Virus record (IMG/VR): IMGVR_UViG_3300025679_000008
Span: 1-62,587 of that record
Length of the DNA stretch: 62,587 nt
Source of the DNA: a virus
Taxonomy: Duplodnaviria > Caudoviricetes
Direction: 5' to 3' (one strand)
This document shows, piece after piece, positions 19,024-28,664 of the stretch. Position numbers and translations under genes: made by a program. Numbering within the stretch: position 1 is the first letter of the stretch; the number at the start of each line of letters is the position of its first letter. Below the pieces are notes generated by a model. The model was not told where the DNA came from and did no database searches. It saw nothing but the letters and a program-made list of their open reading frames with translations.

Positions 19024-20528
19024 TGCCGGCGAATAGCTACAACAGTCAGACTAACGCTCAGTCGGCGGTACCCGTTATCACGGCGAGCGCGTCGGCGCCG
19101 TGGCGCGGCTACACCGCGGGCCTGCCCTGGTACGGATCCCAGATCGAGGGCGAGATCTGGCTGGGCAACGGTACGGATACCAACCTGGTCTGGAAGCTCA
19201 ACAACACGCTCGCCGTCCTGGGCCCGGTCTCGACGCCGTCCGATCCCTACGATCCCTCCCAGTTTCAATTCCCGCCCCTCCTTGCCTGGGGCCAGGCGAT
19301 CGACGGCATCGTCTACGGCGTGGGGAACATCACCTTTCCGTTGAGGATCTGGGCCACGGAGCCGCCGAACATAAACTTCCCGGTCAACCAGGGAATTAAA
19401 ACGACCGCGTATTCCTGGAAGGACCTGCAGGTCCCGCCCGAAAGCACGGCGATCTCGGCCCTCAGCATCATCGGCGAGCGGATCGTGGCGCATCTCAATA
19501 TCGGATCCCCGATGGCACTCGCCCGGGTGAATGCCTCCTCCGGCGGCTGGAAGCTGGACCAGGTGCCGCTCGAGGCCAACGCCTCGGCGCTCACGCCGAA
19601 TTGCGTTCGGGATACCAAGTTCGCGCCGTTCTACCTGGGGACGGACCTCGAGATCTACAGCCCGAAGATGCAGCGGTCCTACAATAAGTCCGGGACCCGG
19701 GACGTCGACATCGTCACCGACAAGAGCAGCGGCGCCTGGAACCGCCAGGCCACGAAGCCGGCCGCCGGCACGGACTACTTCATCGTCTACGATGAGAAGA
19801 ACGGGCGCTTCTGGGTTTGGATGCAGATGGCGGCCACTGGGCGAAACATCCTCTACTGCTACGATCAGCGGGCCCACGCGATCAACGGGCCCTGGCACTA
19901 CCCTGACTTCCTCGCCGTCTGCCAGCTGAAGGACTCCCAGAAGGGGTGCATCGTCGCCGGCATCACAAGGGACGGGGCCTTCCTATGGGCCGACCTGGGC
20001 TCCGTCGGCAAGATGCCGGACGAGACGTACAGCGATCCCTTGGGCGTCAACTACGGGATCTTCGGATCCGCCCCCACGATCACGCCCGGGATACCATACG
20101 TCGGCGTCAGCGCGGACGGCACGCAGTTCATGGAGGTCCTGAACGGCGTTGCGATCAACATCTCGAATCCCTTTGGCGACTGGGCCTTGGGCCCGATCGT
20201 GGCGTCCATGTTCTTCATGAATGCGAAGGTCTCGATCATCGAGCTATCGGAGGCCGACTTCGGGCAGCCGGATCTCATGAAGGAGTTCGTCAACTGCCGC
20301 TCCCTCTGGAAGAAGAGCAGCCGCGTCTACGCCGGCTACTACGTGAACGCCAACGGCTACAACTACGGGGGGTTCCGCGGTCTGCAGTTCCCGAATGACA
20401 ACTGGGAGAATGCGATCGGCGGGATGGGGTCGACGGCGAAGCTGCGGGTGATAGCTATCACCTTCAACGACCAGCCGGCGCGGCTCTTAGCCCTGAGTCC
20501 TGAGTTCTTGGTAGCAGTTGAATCGTGA
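19023..20528 (+). CDS. Putative tail nozzle/stabilisation protein (beta-propeller-like), lacking the usual N-terminus
   Basis: YDEKNGRFWVW...NILYCYD...W and C-terminal DFGQPDLMKEF resemble P22 gp10-type proteins. Confidence 0.6.
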   Translation: MPANSYNSQTNAQSAVPVITASASAPWRGYTAGLPWYGSQIEGEIWLGNGTDTNLVWKLNNTLAVLGPVSTPSDPYDPSQFQFPPLLAWGQAIDGIVYGVGNITFPLRIWATEPPNINFPVNQGIKTTAYSWKDLQVPPESTAISALSIIGERIVAHLNIGSPMALARVNASSGGWKLDQVPLEANASALTPNCVRDTKFAPFYLGTDLEIYSPKMQRSYNKSGTRDVDIVTDKSSGAWNRQATKPAAGTDYFIVYDEKNGRFWVWMQMAATGRNILYCYDQRAHAINGPWHYPDFLAVCQLKDSQKGCIVAGITRDGAFLWADLGSVGKMPDETYSDPLGVNYGIFGSAPTITPGIPYVGVSADGTQFMEVLNGVAINISNPFGDWALGPIVASMFFMNAKVSIIELSEADFGQPDLMKEFVNCRSLWKKSSRVYAGYYVNANGYNYGGFRGLQFPNDNWENAIGGMGSTAKLRVIAITFNDQPARLLALSPEFLVAVES

Positions 20529-20621
20529 TTGACGCCAGCCTGCGCGGTTCCATCACCCTTCCGTCCGAGAACCAGGAGGAATTAGCTTGCGGACTATATC
20601 GGGCGTATATTGGTTGCCCGA

Positions 20622-20840
20622 ATGGCTACCATCGTACGCAAGGCCCTGTTCGTCCAGATCCCCGAGAAGGAGCACAAGAAGGTAACTGACGAGTGCAAGC
20701 GCCTGGAGATCCCGCAGTGGCAGTTTATCGCGCACGCCATCCGCCATGCACCGAAGCTCACCAGGGGAAAGGGTGACGCGGCCCACGTCATCGTGTCGGG
20801 TCTCGAGCCGCGGAATCGCAAGAGCATCGGGCGTGGCTAA
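20622..20840 (+). CDS. Small ribbon-helix-helix-like regulator
   Basis: KALFVQIPEKEHKKV..ECKRLEI....FIAHAI; first gene of the transferase cassette. Confidence 0.5.
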   Translation: MATIVRKALFVQIPEKEHKKVTDECKRLEIPQWQFIAHAIRHAPKLTRGKGDAAHVIVSGLEPRNRKSIGRG

Positions 20841-22359
20841 GTTTCTGGTCAGCGTGCTTTCCCTCAACCGGGTTGAGGGAGTCAAGAAGTGTCTATCCGC
20901 GGTCCTCGCCGGCGGTGGCGACTTCATCCTGCGCCTGGTGGACAACGCCTCGAGTGACGGCACCGGCCGATACTTTGAGCAGCTGTCGGCGTCGGATCCC
21001 AGGGTGATATCGCCGACGATCGAGAAGGAAAACCAGGGGTTCCAGATCCCGAATGAGGAGTCATTGCGGCATGCCATTGCCCGCGAGATCCCCTACCTGG
21101 TCCTCCTGAATGACGACACGCGGCCGCCGGCGGGGTGGCTGGACCGCATGGCGGCCGTCTTCGATCGGGATCCTGGAGTTGCGGCCGTCGGCGCACTGGG
21201 CGGATGCAACGAGATCACACCGGCGTTTCACGGCACAGGCGGGGTTCGCCTCGAGTACATCGAGGGGTCCTGCCTCATGATCGACATCAAGAAGCTGCTG
21301 CGGGTTCGCTCAACACTCTTCGATCCGAACCTGACCTTCATGTACGGGGAGGACGCGGACCTTAGCCTCGAGCTGCGCCGGGCCGGTTGGCGGATCGCCC
21401 AGGTGAACATGAATATCGAGCACCTGGGGGCCGCGAGCCGCCTCGCCAATCCTGAGCTCAAGGCCCGGTGCGAGGCGGCCGAAGCCAAGAACCACAAGTA
21501 CCTTCTAAGGAAGTGGGCGCACTACCTGAAGGTCCGGCGCTTTGACCACAGGATCGTGGTGCGCCGGCGGCACGCCTCGGGGGACGTCGTCCTGATCACC
21601 CCTTTCCTGCGGGCCCTGGCGAAGCAGAACCCGCTCTCGCCGCTCTTCGTCGAGACGATGTTCCCGGATCTCTTCTACGGAAACCCGCACGTCTCGTATG
21701 CCGCCCAGAAGGTTCACCCGCTGGCCGATGATCTTACGATCGACCTGGACATGGTCAGCGAGAACGGCCCGATGCGGCACTTTGTCTCGAGCTACTTCAG
21801 CGCCGGACCAATCGACCTGCCCCGGCCCAAGAAGTATGTGACCGAGATGCACTTTGACCAGGCCTGGCAGAAGCCGGCGCCCGGGCGCTGGTGCGCCATG
21901 CACGTCGGGCCGACTACCTGGAAGGCTAAGAATTGGCCGTACGATCGCTTCAACGCGGTGGCCGAGCTGCTCTCCGTGAAGGGATGGAAGATCGTCCTGG
22001 TGGGCAACGGATCCGACGGCGACGTCGTCCGCCACCAGGACTACCGCAACCAGACCACCACCCGCCAGCTGGCCGCGATCCTAGCCGGCTGCGATCTCTT
22101 CGTCGGCGTCGATAGCTTCCCGATGCACGTCGCCCAGGCCGTCGGTACGCCGACCGTGGGGATCTTCGGCGTCACTGAGGGCAAGTACATCATGACCGAT
22201 GGATCCCCGCACGTCTCATGTGACGCGGATCCCATGCACCCGCGCGCCGGCGAGCGCCACCGAGTAGCCGGGGTTTGTTATATTGACGAACCCGGGGACG
22301 TGATCAGGACTGTCTCGGTTACCCAGGTACTCAAAGCCATCGACTCCCTAACCAAATGA
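20833..22359 (+). CDS. Fused GT2 + GT9 glycosyltransferase
   Basis: LVDNASSDGT, LLNDDT, GSCLMI, YGEDADLS (GT2); GDVVLITPFLRAL...CDLFVGVDSFPMHVAQAVGTPTVGIFG (GT9). Confidence 0.9.
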   Translation: MAKFLVSVLSLNRVEGVKKCLSAVLAGGGDFILRLVDNASSDGTGRYFEQLSASDPRVISPTIEKENQGFQIPNEESLRHAIAREIPYLVLLNDDTRPPAGWLDRMAAVFDRDPGVAAVGALGGCNEITPAFHGTGGVRLEYIEGSCLMIDIKKLLRVRSTLFDPNLTFMYGEDADLSLELRRAGWRIAQVNMNIEHLGAASRLANPELKARCEAAEAKNHKYLLRKWAHYLKVRRFDHRIVVRRRHASGDVVLITPFLRALAKQNPLSPLFVETMFPDLFYGNPHVSYAAQKVHPLADDLTIDLDMVSENGPMRHFVSSYFSAGPIDLPRPKKYVTEMHFDQAWQKPAPGRWCAMHVGPTTWKAKNWPYDRFNAVAELLSVKGWKIVLVGNGSDGDVVRHQDYRNQTTTRQLAAILAGCDLFVGVDSFPMHVAQAVGTPTVGIFGVTEGKYIMTDGSPHVSCDADPMHPRAGERHRVAGVCYIDEPGDVIRTVSVTQVLKAIDSLTK

Positions 22360-22592
22360 GCATGTTCACAAAGACAGACCGCGCCGCCACGAGACCCCCA
22401 GGGAGCGGAGACAGGTACCCGCTCTGGCTCAACCTGAAGAGCGGCAACCGTGTTCGCGGCTGGTACGAACCCAAGTCCGGCCGCTACATGAAGTTCCCGG
22501 CCCCTGGTACCGATGGCCCCTCGGTGGATGTCCACGATGACGTCGATACCTGGGAGGTCGCCCGGGATCTCAGCTCCAGGACCGGGCAATGA
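22356..22592 (+). CDS. Small hypothetical protein
   Basis: ATGA-coupled on both sides. Confidence 0.65.
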   Translation: MSMFTKTDRAATRPPGSGDRYPLWLNLKSGNRVRGWYEPKSGRYMKFPAPGTDGPSVDVHDDVDTWEVARDLSSRTGQ

Positions 22593-23365
22593 GTGTTCCC
22601 CGCCAGCGCGGCTTGACCGGCATTGTCCCTGTACGCAACGGGGACGAGCTCGACTATTGCTGGCGCCTGGCTGTGGCGAGCCTCCTGCCGGTGTGCGACG
22701 AAGTCATTATCAGCGACGGCGAGTCCACCGACGGCACGTTCGAGGCGGCGGAGGCCCTGGCGGCCGCCAATCCCAAAATCAAGGTGGTGCGCTGGGAGTG
22801 GCCGGATCCCAAGGGCGATCACTGGTTCCTGACCAAGTGGCTCAACTGGACCCAGCAGCTCGCCGGCTACGACATGATCGTCCACCTGGACGCCGACGAG
22901 GCGATCGACCCCTGCAGCTACCCGCGCATGCGCGAGGCGGTCCAGCACCGGGAGGCGCTCTGGTTCCACCGGATCAACCTCTGGCTGGATCCCCAGCACG
23001 AGGCGCCGCACGGCACGGTTTGCGCTCACCGCGTCGTCTACATGGGCCCGGGCGAGTACAAGGCGATCTCCGACAATATCTACGTGGAGGGCGAACCGGA
23101 CATCAAGCAGGTCGCCAAGAGCGACGACTCGCTCCGGATCTGGCACCTGGGGTTTCTCCGGGACAAGGTGAAGTTCATTAAGAAGTGGAGGACCGAGGCT
23201 ACCTATCTCGTGAACACCGTGGATCCTCGCTGCGTGCAGTGCGAGCAGACGGGCGAGGACTGGGTCGCGCTGACCATGTGGAAGGATCGGGAGCTGATCG
23301 TCCACGGCCTCGAGATCCCGGAGTTCCTAAAGCCCTGGTTGAAGGAGAGAGGACACAGACCATGA
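22589..23365 (+). CDS. GT2 glycosyltransferase
   Basis: PVRNG...SLLPVCDEVIISDGESTDGT...HLDADE...WHLGF. Confidence 0.88.
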   Translation: MSVPRQRGLTGIVPVRNGDELDYCWRLAVASLLPVCDEVIISDGESTDGTFEAAEALAAANPKIKVVRWEWPDPKGDHWFLTKWLNWTQQLAGYDMIVHLDADEAIDPCSYPRMREAVQHREALWFHRINLWLDPQHEAPHGTVCAHRVVYMGPGEYKAISDNIYVEGEPDIKQVAKSDDSLRIWHLGFLRDKVKFIKKWRTEATYLVNTVDPRCVQCEQTGEDWVALTMWKDRELIVHGLEIPEFLKPWLKERGHRP

Positions 23366-23655
23366 ATATAAACTGGAAGGTGATAACAAAAGAGTCGACG
23401 TGCTGGCAATACGAGGTCGATGGGCTCGTGTGCCGGATCGAATACTGCGGCGCTTTCAATCCTAGCATAGAGCTCGCTAATGTCGGCTTCCATGCGCGGA
23501 CCGGTATGGGGCTATTCGATCATTCCTGGTATTCCTTCAGGATGTCCATGACAGGGTTCCGCACGCTCGAGTCCGCCCAGAAGTGGGTGGAGGCAAATAT
23601 ACAGTTCGCTATCATCAATATCGCCCCGTTAAAGAAGGCGATCGAAGCGCGATGA
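23362..23655 (+). CDS. Hypothetical protein (lower GC)
   Basis: ATGA-coupled on both sides. Confidence 0.6.
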   Translation: MNINWKVITKESTCWQYEVDGLVCRIEYCGAFNPSIELANVGFHARTGMGLFDHSWYSFRMSMTGFRTLESAQKWVEANIQFAIINIAPLKKAIEAR

Positions 23656-24074
23656 ACGAGAAGGAATTTGAAGTCTCGACCGATGACGCGCTGCTCGACC
23701 TGGACTGGGTTGTGCCGACCATCAAGGCCTCCTACTTCGGGGGCTGGCGTAGCGAGGACCTCATCCGGAAGTCCATCAAGGGATCGCTCAACTTCGGACT
23801 CTACTGGCGGCCGGCGGACCAGCCGCGGGTGTGCCACCAGGTCGGCTTCGCTCGAGTCATTACCGATGCCTGCACGTTCAACTACGTGTGCGACGTGATC
23901 ATCGACCAGGACCGCCGGCGTGACGGCCTCGGGCAATTCCTCATGCGGCACATCATAGCTCATCCGGATCTCGCCAGCGGCGTCAGCGTGCTAGGTACCA
24001 GGGATGCGCACGGGTTCTATTCCAAGTTCGGGTACAACCGCGTCGAGATGATGAAGAGGATCCCGCCGAAATGA
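23652..24074 (+). CDS. GNAT family N-acetyltransferase
   Basis: QVGFARVITD...YVCDVII...RRDGLG...LGTRDAHGFYSKFGY. Confidence 0.92.
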   Translation: MNEKEFEVSTDDALLDLDWVVPTIKASYFGGWRSEDLIRKSIKGSLNFGLYWRPADQPRVCHQVGFARVITDACTFNYVCDVIIDQDRRRDGLGQFLMRHIIAHPDLASGVSVLGTRDAHGFYSKFGYNRVEMMKRIPPK

Positions 24075-24526
24075 AAAATAAAAAAAAGCTGTTGAGGCGT
24101 GGGTATCATGCACTTGGTCAGGGTGCGTTAGGAGCCAAGCCGCTCCGCCGTGGGATCCAGGTAATCGACACGGCTACGATAAAAGCATTAGGCGCCGACA
24201 AGGGAGGTTCCGTTCGTAAGAACAAACCCGCCGTAAGGGTAAAGCTACCTGGCCCGTGGAACACCCGGAGCAAGACGTTTAATCGTACTTTCTCTTGGTT
24301 TAACGCAAAGCGCATTGAAGAGACTATAGAAGCTGAGCTTAGGGCTGCCCTTGACCTCACTCACGATGCAACCCCATTCGACATAATCGAGAAGGTGCTG
24401 GCGCTGCGTGGCTTTAGTGACGCTCAAAAATTCACGTTCTATACCCGCAAGATGATGCCCCATGAAATAAATAAATTTCTGGGTGCTCCCAAAGGTCCGT
24501 ACGCATCATTCAAGGTAGGCAAATGA
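24071..24526 (+). CDS. Hypothetical basic protein, AT-richer insertion
   Basis: ATGA-coupled; atypical codon usage. Confidence 0.55.
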   Translation: MKNKKKLLRRGYHALGQGALGAKPLRRGIQVIDTATIKALGADKGGSVRKNKPAVRVKLPGPWNTRSKTFNRTFSWFNAKRIEETIEAELRAALDLTHDATPFDIIEKVLALRGFSDAQKFTFYTRKMMPHEINKFLGAPKGPYASFKVGK

Positions 24527-25167
24527 CCCCGACGCCCTACTACCTGGACAGCCTCTACCGCTGCACCAAGGCGGACCTGGATGCCTATCGGCGGTGGACG
24601 GACTTCCTTCCGCGGCGCGCGGAAGGGGAGCCGTACCACTCGGGTCCTCATAGCCTGCAGCGGTTCCGCCTGGTCTGGGAGCTCGTGAGGCCCACGGCAG
24701 TCCTTGAGATCGGATTCAACCTTGGCCACTCGGCTGTTATGTGGCTCGAGCTGGGCGCGAAGCAGGTTGTGAGTATGCAGCCGTGGCCCAACAAGGGCAC
24801 TCTGGAAGCCAAGGCTGCGATAGAAGGTAGGTATGGGAATCGGCACCGACTACTCCAAGGGGATTCGGAATTGGCGGCCGAAGATTTAATGCTCCGGAAT
24901 TACATCGGGGGCGGATTCGATCTGATCTTCATCGACGGATCCCATGAGCGCGCCTGGGCGGAGCTCGATATCGCCCTGGGTAAGGAGCTCGAGGCCCCCT
25001 ACTTCCTCATGGATGACTACGACACCCACCACGGGCCCGGAGTCGTCGACGCGGTCCAGGCGGCCGGCCTGATTCCTCTGGCGATCTTCGGCACGATGGC
25101 CCTGTGCGCTCCTCCAACGCGCTACACCCAACGCGCCGATCCGCTCGGCACCAACTACTATGAGTGA
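24523..25167 (+). CDS. Class I SAM methyltransferase (Methyltransf_24-like)
   Basis: VLEIGFNLGHSA...GDS...FDLIFIDGSH...MDDY. Confidence 0.88.
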   Translation: MTPTPYYLDSLYRCTKADLDAYRRWTDFLPRRAEGEPYHSGPHSLQRFRLVWELVRPTAVLEIGFNLGHSAVMWLELGAKQVVSMQPWPNKGTLEAKAAIEGRYGNRHRLLQGDSELAAEDLMLRNYIGGGFDLIFIDGSHERAWAELDIALGKELEAPYFLMDDYDTHHGPGVVDAVQAAGLIPLAIFGTMALCAPPTRYTQRADPLGTNYYE

Positions 25168-25711
25168 ATCCGCGAAGTACCTCCACCTGACCCGGCCGTA
25201 TCTCCAGGGTAACGGCATCGACTGCGGCAGCGGCAGCTGGCCGGTGATCCCGTCCGCCATCCAGGTCGAGCTCCCGCGCGATCGCTTCAAGGCCTACACG
25301 AGCCGGGATCTCCCTGATCACGTCGAGTGGCCGGGCGACATCATGGATCTCCCGTTCAAGGACAACGTCCTGGATTACGTCTACAGCTCCCATCTCATCG
25401 AGGACTTCAGCCGAGAGCCGCTTCCGGACAGGCCGCACATGCCGACCTGGCCCAAGCTCTTCAAGGAATGGAAGAGGGTGCTGAAGCCCGATGGCTACAT
25501 GGTAATCATCGTTCCGGAAGTCGCCAGGTGGAAGCGCACGATCGAGCTCGGCCAGGCGCCCAACTGTGCGCACTGGGCCCCCGAGCCCAGCCTGGGCGAC
25601 TGCACGAGGATCGCCACCGAGGCCGGCTTCCTGGTCCTGTTTGAACGCTTGACTGATCTCGATCCGAGGGACTACTCGATCCTGATGGTCGCGATCAAAC
25701 CCAGGGAATAG
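25160..25711 (+). CDS. Class I SAM methyltransferase (Methyltransf_11-like)
   Basis: GIDCGSG...GDIMDLPFKDNVLDYVYSSHLIED...EWKRVLKPDG. Confidence 0.88.
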   Translation: MSESAKYLHLTRPYLQGNGIDCGSGSWPVIPSAIQVELPRDRFKAYTSRDLPDHVEWPGDIMDLPFKDNVLDYVYSSHLIEDFSREPLPDRPHMPTWPKLFKEWKRVLKPDGYMVIIVPEVARWKRTIELGQAPNCAHWAPEPSLGDCTRIATEAGFLVLFERLTDLDPRDYSILMVAIKPRE

Positions 25712-25712
25712 C

Positions 25713-27500
25713 TTGCCCGAGCTGACCGAAGCGCAGCTGCAGGATAAGAAGGACCAGCTCACCCAGGCTGCGATCACGAGCTATTACAAGGACCACGTCG
25801 GCGCCTGGTTTCAGCGCTACGGGGTACTGAAGAATCCCGAGGGTATCGTCACCAGGTACCCGAACCTAAAGCCCCGGGTAGTCCAGAAGCGGATGTTTGC
25901 CGAGGCCGAGAAATGCCTCCTCGCCGGCAAGCCCTGTATGATGATGGTCCTGAAGCCCCGTAAGGACGGCGCGTCTACCGGCGCCCAGGCGATCATCTAT
26001 CACTGGCTCCGGCGCTGGCACGGCCGCAACGCGGCGATCATGGGAGACATCATCGGAACGTCCGACACCGTCTTCGAGCTCTTCAGGCACTTTGCCCAGA
26101 ACGATACCTTCGACTGGAAGGACGCCTTCGGGGGCCTGAGCCTCGATAACGATCAGACGGATGATATCACCCTAGGCAACAAGTCGACCTACAAGAAGGT
26201 CACGGCCGGATCCAACAACGCCGGCCGCTCCGGCACGATCCAGGTGGCGAACCTAACGGAGGTCGCCTACTACCCCGACGCCGGCGAGCGGGATCCCGCG
26301 CTGGGCTTCCTGGGATCCTGGCATGCCGACGGCGCCTCGAGTCTCGGCATCATGGACTCCACGGCGAACGGGCCCTACGGGACGTTCTATGACTACTGGA
26401 TGGCCGACAACTCCTGGACGAAGATCTTCGTCGCCTGGTTCGAGGAGCCTGAGCACGCGATCGCTTTCGAGGACGAGGAGATGCGCCGGGAGTTCCAGCG
26501 CTCAATGGGACCCGAGGAGCTCGAGGAGCAGGCCAAGTACAACGTCACGCTCGAGCAGCTGCGCTGGCGCCGCAAGATGATCGCCGACAAGTGCGGGGGT
26601 GACGACGACAAGTTCCGCCAGGAGTACCCGTCCGACGCGATCGAGGCCTTCCTGCGCAAGAGTCGCACCAGGTTTAAGGCGGAGACCTTGGCGTCAATGG
26701 AGCGCGCGGCCGCGGCGCTGCCGCCCAAGATCGTCAACCTATCGAAGCAGGATGACGGCACCGTGTCCCCGTACCCGGATCCCCTGGGCAGCGTTCACAT
26801 CTGGGAGATGCCGAAGATCGGCTGCAAGTACATCATGGCCGTCGACTCATGCACCGGCCGGGACCAGCAGTCCCAGGCCCGCGGTCAAAAGCCGGACTGG
26901 CATTCGGTCGGAGTTTGGCGCGACGAGTACCTGGACCTGGCCAACCATCGGCACTATCCGCCGATGCTGGTCGCTCACCACTGGAGCCAGCTCGAGGTCG
27001 ACGTCATGGTCGAGATCGCGGCCGCCATGTCGATCTTCTACGGCCTGTGCATGGCCATCCCGGAGGTCAACGGGTGTGGCCTCTATCCGGTCAAGAAGCT
27101 CCAGGAGCTCGAGATCCCGGTGTGGGAGAGAAAGCGGGACAACGCCCAGACCAACACCGTCGACGTGAGCGGGGGATGGATGACGACTGAGGGGGTAAGG
27201 AAGACGATCATCGACAATCTCGCCGGCCTGATCGCCAGGTGGAAGGTCGAGGATCCCACGTTCGAGTGCTTCAGTATGCACATGATAAACCAGCTCAAGA
27301 AGTTCATCCTGGACAAGACCGGCCACGCGGCCGCCATGCCAGGAGAGAACGACGACGACGTCCTGCAGGGGGCGATCGGCCTCTACAACCTGGGATCCGC
27401 TACCGAGATGAAGGAGCACAAGCGCCCGCGGGTGAACGTCGTGGACATGCTCCGCAAGCAGCACTGGGCCCTTGGTAGCAGTGGCAGCCGGCGGAATTGA
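25713..27500 (+). CDS. terL: Terminase large subunit
   Basis: LKPRKDGAST, GRSGTIQ..LTEVAYY, DSTANG, FRQEYP..EAF, nuclease AVD...EVNG...NDDDVL. Confidence 0.93.
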   Translation: MPELTEAQLQDKKDQLTQAAITSYYKDHVGAWFQRYGVLKNPEGIVTRYPNLKPRVVQKRMFAEAEKCLLAGKPCMMMVLKPRKDGASTGAQAIIYHWLRRWHGRNAAIMGDIIGTSDTVFELFRHFAQNDTFDWKDAFGGLSLDNDQTDDITLGNKSTYKKVTAGSNNAGRSGTIQVANLTEVAYYPDAGERDPALGFLGSWHADGASSLGIMDSTANGPYGTFYDYWMADNSWTKIFVAWFEEPEHAIAFEDEEMRREFQRSMGPEELEEQAKYNVTLEQLRWRRKMIADKCGGDDDKFRQEYPSDAIEAFLRKSRTRFKAETLASMERAAAALPPKIVNLSKQDDGTVSPYPDPLGSVHIWEMPKIGCKYIMAVDSCTGRDQQSQARGQKPDWHSVGVWRDEYLDLANHRHYPPMLVAHHWSQLEVDVMVEIAAAMSIFYGLCMAIPEVNGCGLYPVKKLQELEIPVWERKRDNAQTNTVDVSGGWMTTEGVRKTIIDNLAGLIARWKVEDPTFECFSMHMINQLKKFILDKTGHAAAMPGENDDDVLQGAIGLYNLGSATEMKEHKRPRVNVVDMLRKQHWALGSSGSRRN

Positions 27501-27536
27501 TTGACCGTCCAGGGGATTGGTGTTTAACCGGGGATC

Positions 27537-28268
27537 ATGCCGCCCGCCGCCCGGGACTATCTCGACCCCGACGTACCCGTGGGAATGCTGCGCCGGTCCG
27601 ACTCCGAGCTCAACAGCTCCTACGACATGGGGACCGATCCGTACACCGGCAAGATCATCAACAGCTCGATCGCCACCGGCCGCAGCAACGCTCGGATGAT
27701 GGAGGGTCTGATCCCCAGCTACGCGGTCGGAGGTTTCGGATCGGTAAGGCCCCAGGACCAGGGGCGCGCGGTCGCCCTCAGGAACGGATCCGGATCCCCC
27801 TACGATGATCCGATCGCCGGCGGGGCTCACTACCAGGTCCCGCGGTCACTGTCGGGCGACGTCTTCGGCGGCCGGATCTCGGCTCCGGACATGAAGAAGT
27901 TCCTTGCCCCGAAGCGCGAGGCTCACCGGGACGAGCTGCTCGGCGCCGCCCACGATGCGGAGATGTCCTCGAGGAAGCAGCTCGGCACCTACCAGAGCAT
28001 GAGCGAGCAGGCCGGCCCGGAGCTCACCCAGTTCTTCAATACCCTGCCGTCGAACCAGCAGGCGGATCTTCTAACGAAGCCTTCAGCCGACATCGTTGCG
28101 GCGCTGCGCAACCATCCTCTCAGGAAGAAGCCTGCGGCCCCGGCCGCGCCCGCGGCGCCGGCTCCGACCATGTTTCCCACGATCACGCCCCAAGGTACCG
28201 GCGGTGAGCGCCCGCAGGCGGATCTCGACACCAGCGACTACTTCGAGCTCGCTGGATCCGAATCATGA
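27537..28268 (+). CDS. Putative internal virion/ejection protein
   Basis: Low-complexity helical protein heading a block of large genes. Confidence 0.55.
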   Translation: MPPAARDYLDPDVPVGMLRRSDSELNSSYDMGTDPYTGKIINSSIATGRSNARMMEGLIPSYAVGGFGSVRPQDQGRAVALRNGSGSPYDDPIAGGAHYQVPRSLSGDVFGGRISAPDMKKFLAPKREAHRDELLGAAHDAEMSSRKQLGTYQSMSEQAGPELTQFFNTLPSNQQADLLTKPSADIVAALRNHPLRKKPAAPAAPAAPAPTMFPTITPQGTGGERPQADLDTSDYFELAGSES

Positions 28269-28651
28269 GACAGACCTACGACTACTTCCAGCAGGCCGGC
28301 ATGACCGGGGGAAGCGGCGCGCCCCAGAGTTCAAACGATTGGGCGAGCAGCTACCAGACCGGGCTGCAGGAGCTCGGCCGCCAGGAGAAGCTCGATGAGA
28401 CGGATATCAACAACCAGTTCCCCATCGGCGGCGTCGGTACGGACATCAACGATCTCAGCTCACAGATGAATCGCCGGCAGACGGCCCTCGTCTCACGCCA
28501 GGCCCGCCTCGCCAGGCAGACCTCGGACTTCAAGGACTCGATGGGGAAATCATTCGGCAGCTGGAGGAAGCCGGCCGATCCGTGGGCCGGAGCGTCGGCG
28601 GCATTCGTCGCGAACAACAAGGCGCCCGGCATCGCGGGCTACACGTTCTAG
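28265..28651 (+). CDS. Putative internal virion protein
   Basis: Gln/Gly/Ser-rich, ATGA-coupled. Confidence 0.55.
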   Translation: MRQTYDYFQQAGMTGGSGAPQSSNDWASSYQTGLQELGRQEKLDETDINNQFPIGGVGTDINDLSSQMNRRQTALVSRQARLARQTSDFKDSMGKSFGSWRKPADPWAGASAAFVANNKAPGIAGYTF

Positions 28652-28664
28652 GGCCCCCAACCTT

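Noticed and set aside
24523-25711. DNA methyltransferases explaining the palindrome excess
   Set aside because: No DPPY/NPPY or PC catalytic motifs; they look like small-molecule or sugar methylases
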